Assembly (NCBI GenBank): GCA_947501605.1
Contig: CANMWZ010000004.1
Coordinates: forward strand, 64,001-128,000
Length of the DNA: 64,000 bases
DNA from: Planctomycetota bacterium
GTDB taxonomy: Bacteria; Planctomycetota; UBA1135; UBA2386
Direction: 5' to 3'
A program made the position numbers and the translations under genes. Under the pieces are notes generated by a model that was not told the origin of the DNA, ran no database searches, and saw nothing but the letters and a program-made list of their open reading frames with translations. Positions within the stretch are counted from its first letter, which is position 1, and every line of letters starts with the position of its first letter. Positions 48,435-57,217 of the stretch are shown piece by piece.

Positions 48435-49853
48435 ATGACCCTGACCGCGCGCCTCTGTTTGGCGCTTTCGGCCGGGGCCGTCTTCGTTGCTGCGTTGCTA
48501 GGCCTGCTCGGCGCCGATCGCGCAGCGCAAGCGCAGCGTGAGGCCGCGGAGGTCTCCGAGCGTCGATTCGCCGAACAACTCGCGGAGCGCGCCGCCCCGA
48601 TGCTGGAGCGTGGCGATCTCCTCCGACTGTCGATGCTCGCAACAGCAGGCCGGGATCTGCATGCGGCACGAGTGATCCTGCTGGAGCGCACGGGTCGCGT
48701 GGTGCTCGATACCGATCTGGTCCTTGGCGATCGGCAGCTGAATCTGCTGGCGCAGACGGGTTCGTTCCAGCGTGTCCTGGGTGACGGGGATACCGCGGTG
48801 CGCGAGACCTTGGTGCCCGTTCGCTTTGGCGGCGAAGTGCTCGGTGAACTGCGGTTGCACACGGAGCCGTACGCGCAGGCGATGGCCTTCGACCTAGGGC
48901 TGTTTGGTCTCGTGCTCCTCGGCGGGCTCACGCTCGTCGCGGTATCTGGCCTCTTGTGTCACCACTGGGCGTCCCGCGTTCGTGGGGTGACCGACGCAAT
49001 GGTCCAGCTCGCCAGCGGCCATCGCACCGGCCAGCTACCGCGAGAATCGGGCCGTGAGTTGTTCGAACTCGGCCAGGCGCTCCAAGAGCTCGAGAAAGGC
49101 GTGCAAGACGGGTTGCATCGCGTCGTCGAGGAGTTCGTCGAGATGGCGCTGCAAGTCGTCGACGGCTTGGAACGGCGCAATCTCGTGCCGCCTGGGCACG
49201 GAACGCGCACGGCGCGCTACGCCATGATGCTCGCGGATCGCCTCGACCTGATTCCTGCCGACCGCCGCGACGTGGAACTTGCGTGTCGGCTCAGCGACAT
49301 CGGGCGCGCTTGGATCCGGCCTGGACTGCTGCTGCAGGCGGAGTTCGACGCGGCCGATACCGAGGTCGTGCGCCAACATCCGGTGCTCGGAGCCGAGCAC
49401 CTCGACTGCCTACCCGGCCTTCGTCGCATCGCCGAGGTCGTGCGCCATCAAGGTGAACGTCACGACGGCTGCGGCCTGCCTCTTGGACTGCGCAACGAAC
49501 GCATTCCGCTCGGTTCTAGAATGCTCGCGATCGCCAGTGCCTTTGACCTGCTGACGACCTGTGGCGATCCGTCACCGCTGTCGGTCGAGGACGCGTTGTT
49601 GCAGATGGCAGAAGATCGCGGCGAGGTCTACGACCCGTGGATGTTCGACTTGTTCGCCGAGCGCATGCGCAGCGAACCCGCCGCCGAAGTGGAGGACATG
49701 GAACCCGCCGATCGCTCGGTGATGATCCTCCCGCCGGGAAGCTTGCCGTCCCGCGTGCCGGATCCTGCGGATCGCGAGGGCGGGCTCGACTACGCGCTTG
49801 GCGCCGAACTCGAGATCATGCTCGACGAACTGCCGCCCGAGGAGCGCGCGTGA
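48435..49853 (+). CDS. Membrane-anchored HD-GYP-like protein (degenerate)
   Basis: Two TM segments flanking a sensor domain, a HAMP-like linker, then GHGTRTA, SDIG, HPVLG, ERHDGCGLPLGL, IPLGSR and YDP. Confidence 0.82.
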   Translation: MTLTARLCLALSAGAVFVAALLGLLGADRAAQAQREAAEVSERRFAEQLAERAAPMLERGDLLRLSMLATAGRDLHAARVILLERTGRVVLDTDLVLGDRQLNLLAQTGSFQRVLGDGDTAVRETLVPVRFGGEVLGELRLHTEPYAQAMAFDLGLFGLVLLGGLTLVAVSGLLCHHWASRVRGVTDAMVQLASGHRTGQLPRESGRELFELGQALQELEKGVQDGLHRVVEEFVEMALQVVDGLERRNLVPPGHGTRTARYAMMLADRLDLIPADRRDVELACRLSDIGRAWIRPGLLLQAEFDAADTEVVRQHPVLGAEHLDCLPGLRRIAEVVRHQGERHDGCGLPLGLRNERIPLGSRMLAIASAFDLLTTCGDPSPLSVEDALLQMAEDRGEVYDPWMFDLFAERMRSEPAAEVEDMEPADRSVMILPPGSLPSRVPDPADREGGLDYALGAELEIMLDELPPEERA

Positions 49854-50704
49854 TGCCGAGCGTGGCTCGCGTTACTGGCTGCCTGCTCTTGCTGCTCGCG
49901 ACTTCGTGCCACTCGGCGGCTTTCGACCCCGTCGCCGAACTCGATGCCCTGGACCGCGCCCAAGCCGCGCTGGATCAGGGGGAACTCGCCCTTGCCTTGT
50001 GCGCCTTCGACGAAGTCGAGGTTGTCGACCCCCGCTACGCCACCGCGCGGCTCAACGCCGCAGCGGTAGAACAGCGCCTGTTCCGTCAGCAGGAACTCGT
50101 CTTGCTCGGGCTGCACCTTCGCAGTGAGTGGCGCGACGACGAGGCCATCGCGGTGTTCACGGAAGCGTTGGTGTCGTGGCCCGAGGATCTGCATACGCAG
50201 CAGCTGCTGCGCGGCACGGTCGAGCGTCGTCGCTTGCTGGCCCGATCGCGAGCCATCGATCTGGCACCAGCAGAGGTGCCCGCGATCGGCGCGCCGTTCG
50301 AAGCTGCCGTCGAGCCCGGCGCGCCGCCGGCTCCGGCCGCAGAAACTGCTGCGGCTCTGCATCTCGAGGTCGAGTCGCCAATGTCCGTCGAGGCCACTCG
50401 CGTCGGCCCCGATGACCTGATCGGTGGCAAGCTGGTGCGGTTGGAGGAGCGGCTCCAACGCGGCGAACTCGACTCCGTGCTCGCCGAGTTTGCCGCCATG
50501 CAACAGAAGTGGCCTGGCGACCCGCGGGTGTGCGGCCGGCTAGCGCGGTTGCTGTTGCAGCGCGGACTGCTGCACTATGGGCGCGGACAACTCGATGCGG
50601 CGATCGCGGATTGGCGTCGCGCGCAAGCACTGGATCCGCAGCTCGCGGGCCTGCCGATGCTGATCGAGCTGGCGACGCGCGAACTCGCGCTGCCGCCGCG
50701 TTGA
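49853..50704 (+). CDS. TPR-repeat lipoprotein
   Basis: LATSC lipobox and TPR-like helices (RGLLHYGRGQLDAAIADWRRAQALDP). Overlaps the upstream stop by 1 bp. Confidence 0.75.
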   Translation: MPSVARVTGCLLLLLATSCHSAAFDPVAELDALDRAQAALDQGELALALCAFDEVEVVDPRYATARLNAAAVEQRLFRQQELVLLGLHLRSEWRDDEAIAVFTEALVSWPEDLHTQQLLRGTVERRRLLARSRAIDLAPAEVPAIGAPFEAAVEPGAPPAPAAETAAALHLEVESPMSVEATRVGPDDLIGGKLVRLEERLQRGELDSVLAEFAAMQQKWPGDPRVCGRLARLLLQRGLLHYGRGQLDAAIADWRRAQALDPQLAGLPMLIELATRELALPPR

Positions 50705-51028
50705 GCCGTCCCGCACCAGCGGGTCTGTGCGGCGCAGTTGCTTCGAAGTGAGCGTTCTCTACTTCGAGTCGAGCGTTGCTGCGATCGCGCCGCATCCAGC
50801 GCGGCGCCCTGCGATCACGCAGGAGAAAGAAACCGGGGGTGAAACTTCGGGAAAAGGGGAAGAAGGAGAGTCAAGTTTTTACGTCCGTGGCGGACAACCC
50901 CCGGCAGGGTACGCGTGTCGTTCGAAGCTTGCGCCGCGAGCGACTGGATTCCGTGCGTCAGACTGTAGCTCGCGAGGAGCCGCAGTCACTTCGACCGCGA
51001 GGAAAGATAGCGCACGTTTCGCTGATGG

Positions 51029-53011
51029 TCAACCATTGGATGCTCGCAGTTGTAAAGCCCATGTCCCTACCTGGGCGGTCCAGCCCGGCGGAAGGCGCGT
51101 TGTTGCGGTTGCCTCCTCCAGGATGCAGGGGCCTTCAATCGTGGCCCCAAGCGGCAGGTCTTCGCGGCGCAGAAATCGGATCGCCTTCCCGCCCAAGGGA
51201 CTGCGACGGCGCTGCGCCAACGCCGTGGTCTTGCCAGCACCGCGGTCGCGCTGCGGCAGTCGGTCGGCCTGCAGCGCCGGCAGGGCGTGGCCGGGTCGCT
51301 CGGCCCGCGCGACGATCTGGACCAGTTCGATCGGTGCTGCTGCCGCGGCGAAACCGAACCTCTCGCGGTGCAGTCGCGCAAACGTGGTGGCTAGATCCGT
51401 TCGTGAAGCCTCGACCAGTAGGCCGCTGCCTTGCCCGCGGTAGCGAAGCCGGAAGCGAGCTGTCCTGGTGGTCTTGCCCGTGCCGAGCGACTGTGCCGCG
51501 GCGCGACACAGCAGATCGGCGCGCTGTCGCCAAGCTCGTTCGCGTTCCGGACTCCAGAGTTCGAGCACGGCTTCGACGCGTTCCACGGACTCGCCAGCAA
51601 GGGCCAGCCCCAGTGCGGAGAATGCACCGGGATGGATCGGCACCAGTGCCGCCGGCATGCCGAGTTGGGCCGATAGCGCAGCGGCGTGCAGTCCGCCCGC
51701 CCCGCCGTAGGCGACGAGAGGAACGCCCGCCGGGTCCACGGCGCGTTCGCCGGTGATTCGCATCAACGCGCGCGTCATCGCGACATCGGCGATCTCGAGG
51801 ATTCCGCCGGCGGTGCGACGCGGGGTGAGCCCGAGCTTCTTTGCCAGCCGCTCGATGGCGCGCACACTGCGATCCGGGTCGATGCGAAAGCCGCCGCCGA
51901 GCAGGGTGTCCGCTCCGAGATGCCCCAGTGCGACGTGCGCATCCGTGACCGTGGGTTCGGTGCCGACGCCATAGCAGGCGGGGCCCGGGACGGCACCGGC
52001 GCTGATCGGGCCGACGCGCAGCGCACCGCCGCGGTCGCAGTAGGCGATGCTCCCGCCGCCGCAGCCGACCGTGTGCACATCGACGCTGGGCAGGGGGAGC
52101 GGCAAGCCGGCGATCTGACCCTGGTCGGTATCGATGCGACCTGGCTGCACAAGGCAGACGTCGGTCGAGGTTCCACCCATGTCGAAGGCTGCCGCGCGCG
52201 GGAGTCGCAGCGCCTCGCACAGTCGTTGGGTCGCGAGGACCCCGCCGGCGGGGCCCGAGAACATCGCTCGCGCGGGAAACTCCAGGGCTTCTGCCGACGG
52301 CAGGATTCCGGTGCTCGAGCGCAGTAGTCGCAATTCCCCGCGACCCAGAGCCTGCTGGAGGCGGCTGGTGTAGTTCGACACCAGCGGTGCCACGGCGGCA
52401 TTCAGAATTGCAGCGGAGAAGCGTTCGTACTCCCCGAGGGCTGGCCAGAGTTCGGCGCTGCAGGTGACGTGCGTGCCCGGCAGTGCGCGTCGCAGCGCCC
52501 GTGCGAGCGTCTGTTCGTCCTTGGGGTAGATGGGCGAATGCAACAGACCGATGGCGATGGACTCGGGCCGGAGCGCTTTCACTCTGCGCACCACGCTCGC
52601 GACCTCGCGCCGCATGAGTGGCATCTGTGCCGTGCCGTCCTCGGAGCGGCGGCAGGCGACCTCGACGCGCAGCTCACGCGGGACGGGCGGAGCCGGTCGT
52701 TCTGGCTCCAGCGCATAGAGATCTGTGCGCTCTTGGCGGCCGATCTCGATCAGGTCGACGAAACCGCGATTGGTGACGAACACCGTCCTCGGCAGCCGAC
52801 CCTGGAGAACGGCGTTGAGCGCGACTGTCGTCCCGTGCACAACGTCGACGGCTTCTCCTGGCTTGGAACGAACCGCATCGATGCCGGCGAGGACGGCCCG
52901 GCCCGGGTCCTCTGGTGTTGATGGCAGTTTGTGGACCAGCAGGTGGCCCCGGGACCACCGCACGACGTCGGTGAAGGTGCCGCCGGTGTCGATGCCAATG
53001 CGCGTCGCCAT
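51029..53011 (-). CDS. Hydantoinase/oxoprolinase family, A subunit
   Basis: IGIDTGGTFTD, HGTTVALNA, SGPAGG, DMGGTSTD, GGGSIA, SAGAVPGPACY and GGAGGLH motifs. Confidence 0.93.
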   Translation of the reverse strand: MATRIGIDTGGTFTDVVRWSRGHLLVHKLPSTPEDPGRAVLAGIDAVRSKPGEAVDVVHGTTVALNAVLQGRLPRTVFVTNRGFVDLIEIGRQERTDLYALEPERPAPPVPRELRVEVACRRSEDGTAQMPLMRREVASVVRRVKALRPESIAIGLLHSPIYPKDEQTLARALRRALPGTHVTCSAELWPALGEYERFSAAILNAAVAPLVSNYTSRLQQALGRGELRLLRSSTGILPSAEALEFPARAMFSGPAGGVLATQRLCEALRLPRAAAFDMGGTSTDVCLVQPGRIDTDQGQIAGLPLPLPSVDVHTVGCGGGSIAYCDRGGALRVGPISAGAVPGPACYGVGTEPTVTDAHVALGHLGADTLLGGGFRIDPDRSVRAIERLAKKLGLTPRRTAGGILEIADVAMTRALMRITGERAVDPAGVPLVAYGGAGGLHAAALSAQLGMPAALVPIHPGAFSALGLALAGESVERVEAVLELWSPERERAWRQRADLLCRAAAQSLGTGKTTRTARFRLRYRGQGSGLLVEASRTDLATTFARLHRERFGFAAAAAPIELVQIVARAERPGHALPALQADRLPQRDRGAGKTTALAQRRRSPLGGKAIRFLRREDLPLGATIEGPCILEEATATTRLPPGWTAQVGTWALQLRASNG

Positions 53012-53249
53012 GAAGCTCGGACTGTAGCAGGGGTTTCCCACCGGCCCGGCGCTCGAAGTCGAGCCACGGCGCCAGGGGCAAGCAACGGACCCACCGCGGA
53101 GTCTGGAGCGTCCGCGGAGAGTCTGCGCCAGAGCCATCGGGGCTCGGGGCCGGCCCAGCCACTGGCGCTTTCAGAATCCACTTCTAGGTATCGCGGGGCC
53201 GAAGTCGAGAGTTGGCTCGGGTGGCGTCGGCGGCGTAGCCTGTGCGTCG

Positions 53250-53873
53250 ATGCTGCTTGCGTTTGGCTGCCTCTGCGCCTTTCTGTTCGGGGCCGTGCCT
53301 TGGGCTCTACTGGTCGTTCGTGCGTGCAAGGGCACGGACCTGCGCACGATCGGTTCCGGCAATGTCGGCGCCACCAACGCGAGCCGCGCGTTTGCGACCC
53401 GCCAAGGGCAGGTGGTCGCATTCCTTGGCATTTATCTGCTCGATGCAGGCAAGGGCTTCGTGCCGGCGTGGTTTGGCCCACCGGTCGTCAGCGGCGACGC
53501 CGCAACGGCTGGCGCTCTGCTCGGCGCCTCGGCCATCCTCGGTCACGTGTTCTGTCCGTTCCTTGGCTTTCGTGGCGGTAAGGGCGTGGCGACCGCGACC
53601 GGAGTGCTGCTGGCGCTCGACTGGACCGTCGCCGTCGCGGCGCTCTCGACGTTCTTCGTCGTCAGGTTGCTGACCGGCAAGGTGTTCTTCGGCAGCCTGG
53701 CACTCGGTCTCGCGCTCGCGGCAGCGGCGATTCTGCTGCATCTCGACGATGCGTTCGCCGCGCGATTGCCGACCACGCTCCTGTGCTGCACGCTCGCGGC
53801 GTTCCTGTTCTGGACGCACCGCAGCAATCTGCAAAAGCACTTCGCAGGCGCGAATGAGAGCGTGCTTCGATGA
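53250..53873 (+). CDS. plsY: Glycerol-3-phosphate acyltransferase PlsY
   Basis: GSGNVGATN, DAGKG, GHVF...FRGGKGVAT and HRSNL motifs. Confidence 0.94.
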   Translation: MLLAFGCLCAFLFGAVPWALLVVRACKGTDLRTIGSGNVGATNASRAFATRQGQVVAFLGIYLLDAGKGFVPAWFGPPVVSGDAATAGALLGASAILGHVFCPFLGFRGGKGVATATGVLLALDWTVAVAALSTFFVVRLLTGKVFFGSLALGLALAAAAILLHLDDAFAARLPTTLLCCTLAAFLFWTHRSNLQKHFAGANESVLR

Positions 53874-54868
53874 AGCTCGCCATTCTTGGCAGCGGTGGCT
53901 TTGGCACCGCGATGGCGCTGGTGGCTGCCAACGCGGGGCACCAGGTCGCGATGTGGGGGCACGACGCGCAAAACACCGCCGCAATCGCGCGCACGCGGCG
54001 CAACCCTCGATATCTCGAAGACGTGGAGTTGCCGCCGTCGGTGCTGGTGACGACCGACTTTGGCGCCGTGCTCGACGATGCGTTCGCGGCGTTGGTCGCC
54101 GTGCCGACGCAGCATGTGCGCGCCGTGTTGCAGGCGATGGCCGCGGCCGGTGCGCTGCGCGCCGCGTTGCCAATGGTGTCGTTGGCCAAAGGGCTCGAGC
54201 AGAGCACCGGGATGCGGCCAAGCGAGGTGATTGCAGAGGTCGCCGGCGACCCCGAGCAGGTGTTCGTGCTCAGCGGCCCGAGTCACGCCGAGGAGGTCGC
54301 GCGCGCGATGCCGACGACGGTCGTGTTGGCAGGTCATGACCCGGCGATGCTGCAACGGTTGCAGACGGAGTTGTCGACTGCCGCGTTCCGCATCTACCGC
54401 AACGCCGACATCGTCGGTGTCGAGTTGTGCGGCGCGCTGAAGAACGTCATGGCACTGGCCGCGGGTATCGCCGATGGCCTTGGCTGCGGCGACAACACCA
54501 AGGCCGCAATCTTGTCGCGCGGCATCGTCGAGATGACTCGCTACGGTCGTGCCCACGGGGCCGATGAGCGCACGTTCCAAGGTCTCGCCGGGGTTGGTGA
54601 TCTCGCCGTTACCGCGTTCTCGCGCCATGGCCGCAACCGCGCGTTTGGCGAACGCATCGGCCGCGGCGAGACGATGCAGCAGGCTTTGGCGGCGTCACCA
54701 AAGGTCGCCGAAGGCGTGTGGACTGCACGGGTCGTCGCCGAGCGCGCGCAAGCACTCGGTGTAGACATGCCCATCGCCGATGCCGTGTGCCGCGTCCTCT
54801 ACTTCGGCCTGCCGCCGCATCAGGCCGTGCGGGCGTTGATGGAACGGGATCCCAAGGCGGAGGGCTGA
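53870..54868 (+). CDS. gpsA: NAD(P)H-dependent glycerol-3-phosphate dehydrogenase
   Basis: GSGGFGTA, AKGLE, SGPSHAEE, GALKNVMALAAG, GLAGVGDL, GRN and AEG motifs. Confidence 0.95.
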   Translation: MKLAILGSGGFGTAMALVAANAGHQVAMWGHDAQNTAAIARTRRNPRYLEDVELPPSVLVTTDFGAVLDDAFAALVAVPTQHVRAVLQAMAAAGALRAALPMVSLAKGLEQSTGMRPSEVIAEVAGDPEQVFVLSGPSHAEEVARAMPTTVVLAGHDPAMLQRLQTELSTAAFRIYRNADIVGVELCGALKNVMALAAGIADGLGCGDNTKAAILSRGIVEMTRYGRAHGADERTFQGLAGVGDLAVTAFSRHGRNRAFGERIGRGETMQQALAASPKVAEGVWTARVVAERAQALGVDMPIADAVCRVLYFGLPPHQAVRALMERDPKAEG

Positions 54869-54873
54869 CCGCT

Positions 54874-55503
54874 ATGGCCCGTGCCTACACCGGACCCCTG
54901 TGTCGATACTTCGCCGGCCCGACCGGCGAGGCGGTTACCTTCGTGAACGGTGTCGAGGTCTGGCGCCATGATCTGCAGCAAGCTTTTGATGCGCAGCTCG
55001 TGCCGACGCTGACTTGGCGCGAGGACGCGGCCTTGCCAGGAACTTGGCGCGACCTCGGTGACGGTGGCTGGATCGCGCTGCGGCTGTTTGCCTTCTACGC
55101 CGAGAAGAGCGATTTCGACCTTCCGGACAGCGTTCCGGCGCTCCTCGAACTCGATCGCGAGTATCGCAAGGCTCTCGACCAGAAGTTCGAACGCAGCAAG
55201 TACGGGCACCTTCTGGGTGCGCGCATGTGGTTGCCGCAGGACTTCCCCTTCACCGCCCGCATCGCCCTGCCCGACGGCGATGCCATCGAGATGGGGTCGC
55301 TGCCGGTGCTTCGCGACCAGATGCGTTGGCTCAACGGGCGTACCTTCCAAGCCGACGAGGTGCAGATTGCCGACTGGACTCTGCTGCCGGCGGTTCCGGG
55401 TGGCCCGCTCTTGGCCTCGGCGCAGCGCGGTTACGCATCCCTGTGGGCTGCGATTGCCGAAGCGACCGTGACCGGGCAGCCGTTGGTCGTCGTCGAGGTC
55501 TGA
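54874..55503 (+). CDS. Hypothetical protein
   Basis: ATG 5 bp after the gpsA stop, host-like codon usage and a globular composition (YTGPLCRYFAG, HLLGARMWLPQDF). Confidence 0.75.
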   Translation: MARAYTGPLCRYFAGPTGEAVTFVNGVEVWRHDLQQAFDAQLVPTLTWREDAALPGTWRDLGDGGWIALRLFAFYAEKSDFDLPDSVPALLELDREYRKALDQKFERSKYGHLLGARMWLPQDFPFTARIALPDGDAIEMGSLPVLRDQMRWLNGRTFQADEVQIADWTLLPAVPGGPLLASAQRGYASLWAAIAEATVTGQPLVVVEV

Positions 55504-55528
55504 GTCCCCGACGACGATTGCGGTCGCA

Positions 55529-57040
55529 TCACTTGATGCCGTGCATCCAGCGGTTCATCGACCGCGAGCATAGGATCACGACGAGGCCGAGGCCGACACC
55601 GACGTAGACCATGTAGCTGAACACGTTGCCGTACGCGTGCACCTTGCCCAGCGCGTCGGTGGCATTCTTGGCTTCGGCGGCGGCGAGGCTCGAGATCTTG
55701 CCGGCGAGAAAGTTGCCGGTGGCGATCGAGATGAACCATGCACCCATGACCATGCCGGTCATGCGCGAAGGCGCGAGCTTGGTGACCATCGACAGCCCGA
55801 CAGGCGACAAGCACAACTCGCCGAGCGTGTGCACGAGGTAGAGCATCATCAGGAAGATCCACAGCACCTTGCCCTCGGCGCTGGCGTTGGCGATGCCGGC
55901 ATTGATCACGACGAAGCCGAGGCCCATGCCGAGGAAGCCAAAGCCGAACTTGGCCGGGATCGACGGGTTGCGGTTCTTGCGGTCGAGCCACACCCAAGCG
56001 GCGGCAAACAGCGGCCCGAACAGCACGATGAACAGGGCGTTCACCGACTGCCACCATTCGGCTGGCATCGACCATTCGCCGATGCTCAGGGGCACGAGTT
56101 GCTTCTTGGCGAAGAAGTTCAGCGAGTTGCCGGCTTGTTCGAAGCCCATCCAGAAGACGCAGTTCAGCAACAGCAGCAGCACCAGGACCAGCATGCGTTG
56201 CTTGCCGATGTGGTCCTCGCGAACAGCGATGAGGCAGAGGTAGCCGAGGATCGACGCGAACACCGCGTAGAGGATGTAGCCGACAGCCTCTTCCGAGATG
56301 CTCAAGAGCGCGTAGATCAATGGCGCGAGAGCGAGGCAGCCAATGGTGACGATGGCGATGATGCCCTTGCCTTCCTTGCCCTTGGGCGGCAGGCCTTCCC
56401 CTTGCAGCCACTTGCCACCGAGCGCGAAGCAGGCGACGCCGAGCAACATGCCGGCGCCGGCGAGCATGAAGCCGTAGCGATAGCTACCCATGCTCGCCGA
56501 GACCATCTGGCAGAACACGGGGGCGAGCGCCGCGCCCACGTTGATGCCCATGTAGAAGATCGTGAAGCCGCCATCGCGGCGGGGGTCGCCGGGCTTGTAG
56601 AGCTTGCCGACGACGGTGCTGATGTTGGGCTTGAACAGGCCGTTGCCGACGATCAGCAATGACAAGCCGAAGAAGAAGAACTGCCGCTGGTCGAGCCCGA
56701 GCCATTCGCCCTGCGGCATCATCAGCAGGAACTCGCCGCACGCCATCAACAGGCCGCCGAGCAGGATCGAGCGGCGGAAGCCGAGCACCCGGTCGGCCAC
56801 CGTGCCGCCGAAAATGCCGAGCGCGTAGATCAGCGCGGTGAACCCGCCGTAGGTGGAGGACGCGGCTTCTTGCGCTTCGTCGCCCGTAAGGCCGGGGAAG
56901 AACTGCTCGGCGACGTAGAGCGCCAGCAGTGCACGCATGCCGTAGTAGCAAAAGCGCTCCCAGAGCTCGGCGAAGAACAGGACGAACAGGCCAGCAGGGT
57001 GGCCGAGGATCGTGCGTACGGGAGGCGTGGCGTCGGGCAT
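55529..57040 (-). CDS. POT/PTR family proton-dependent oligopeptide transporter
   Basis: FAELWERFCYYG, ADRVLG, GNGLFKPN, FYMGINVG, FEQAG and GELCLSPVG motifs. Confidence 0.95.
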   Translation of the reverse strand: MPDATPPVRTILGHPAGLFVLFFAELWERFCYYGMRALLALYVAEQFFPGLTGDEAQEAASSTYGGFTALIYALGIFGGTVADRVLGFRRSILLGGLLMACGEFLLMMPQGEWLGLDQRQFFFFGLSLLIVGNGLFKPNISTVVGKLYKPGDPRRDGGFTIFYMGINVGAALAPVFCQMVSASMGSYRYGFMLAGAGMLLGVACFALGGKWLQGEGLPPKGKEGKGIIAIVTIGCLALAPLIYALLSISEEAVGYILYAVFASILGYLCLIAVREDHIGKQRMLVLVLLLLLNCVFWMGFEQAGNSLNFFAKKQLVPLSIGEWSMPAEWWQSVNALFIVLFGPLFAAAWVWLDRKNRNPSIPAKFGFGFLGMGLGFVVINAGIANASAEGKVLWIFLMMLYLVHTLGELCLSPVGLSMVTKLAPSRMTGMVMGAWFISIATGNFLAGKISSLAAAEAKNATDALGKVHAYGNVFSYMVYVGVGLGLVVILCSRSMNRWMHGIK

Positions 57041-57217
57041 GCGAGTGCGTGGTCCTTCTGGGAGAAAGGCTTGCGACAGCGAGAGGGGCAGAGGCTAGCG
57101 CGCCCATCGGTCTCGGTCGCCACTCCGCCCTGAATGTTGGGTTGTCGAACATTGGCCCTGTTCCGGAGCATCCGGGGCGGTTGAACTGCGCCCCCTCGAT
57201 CCCCCGGACCTCTTGCC

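Noticed and set aside
50776..51756. 326-aa plus-strand ORF with an AGGAG near a GTG
   Set aside because: It is mostly antisense to the hydantoinase gene, with low-complexity Arg/Pro-rich sequence.
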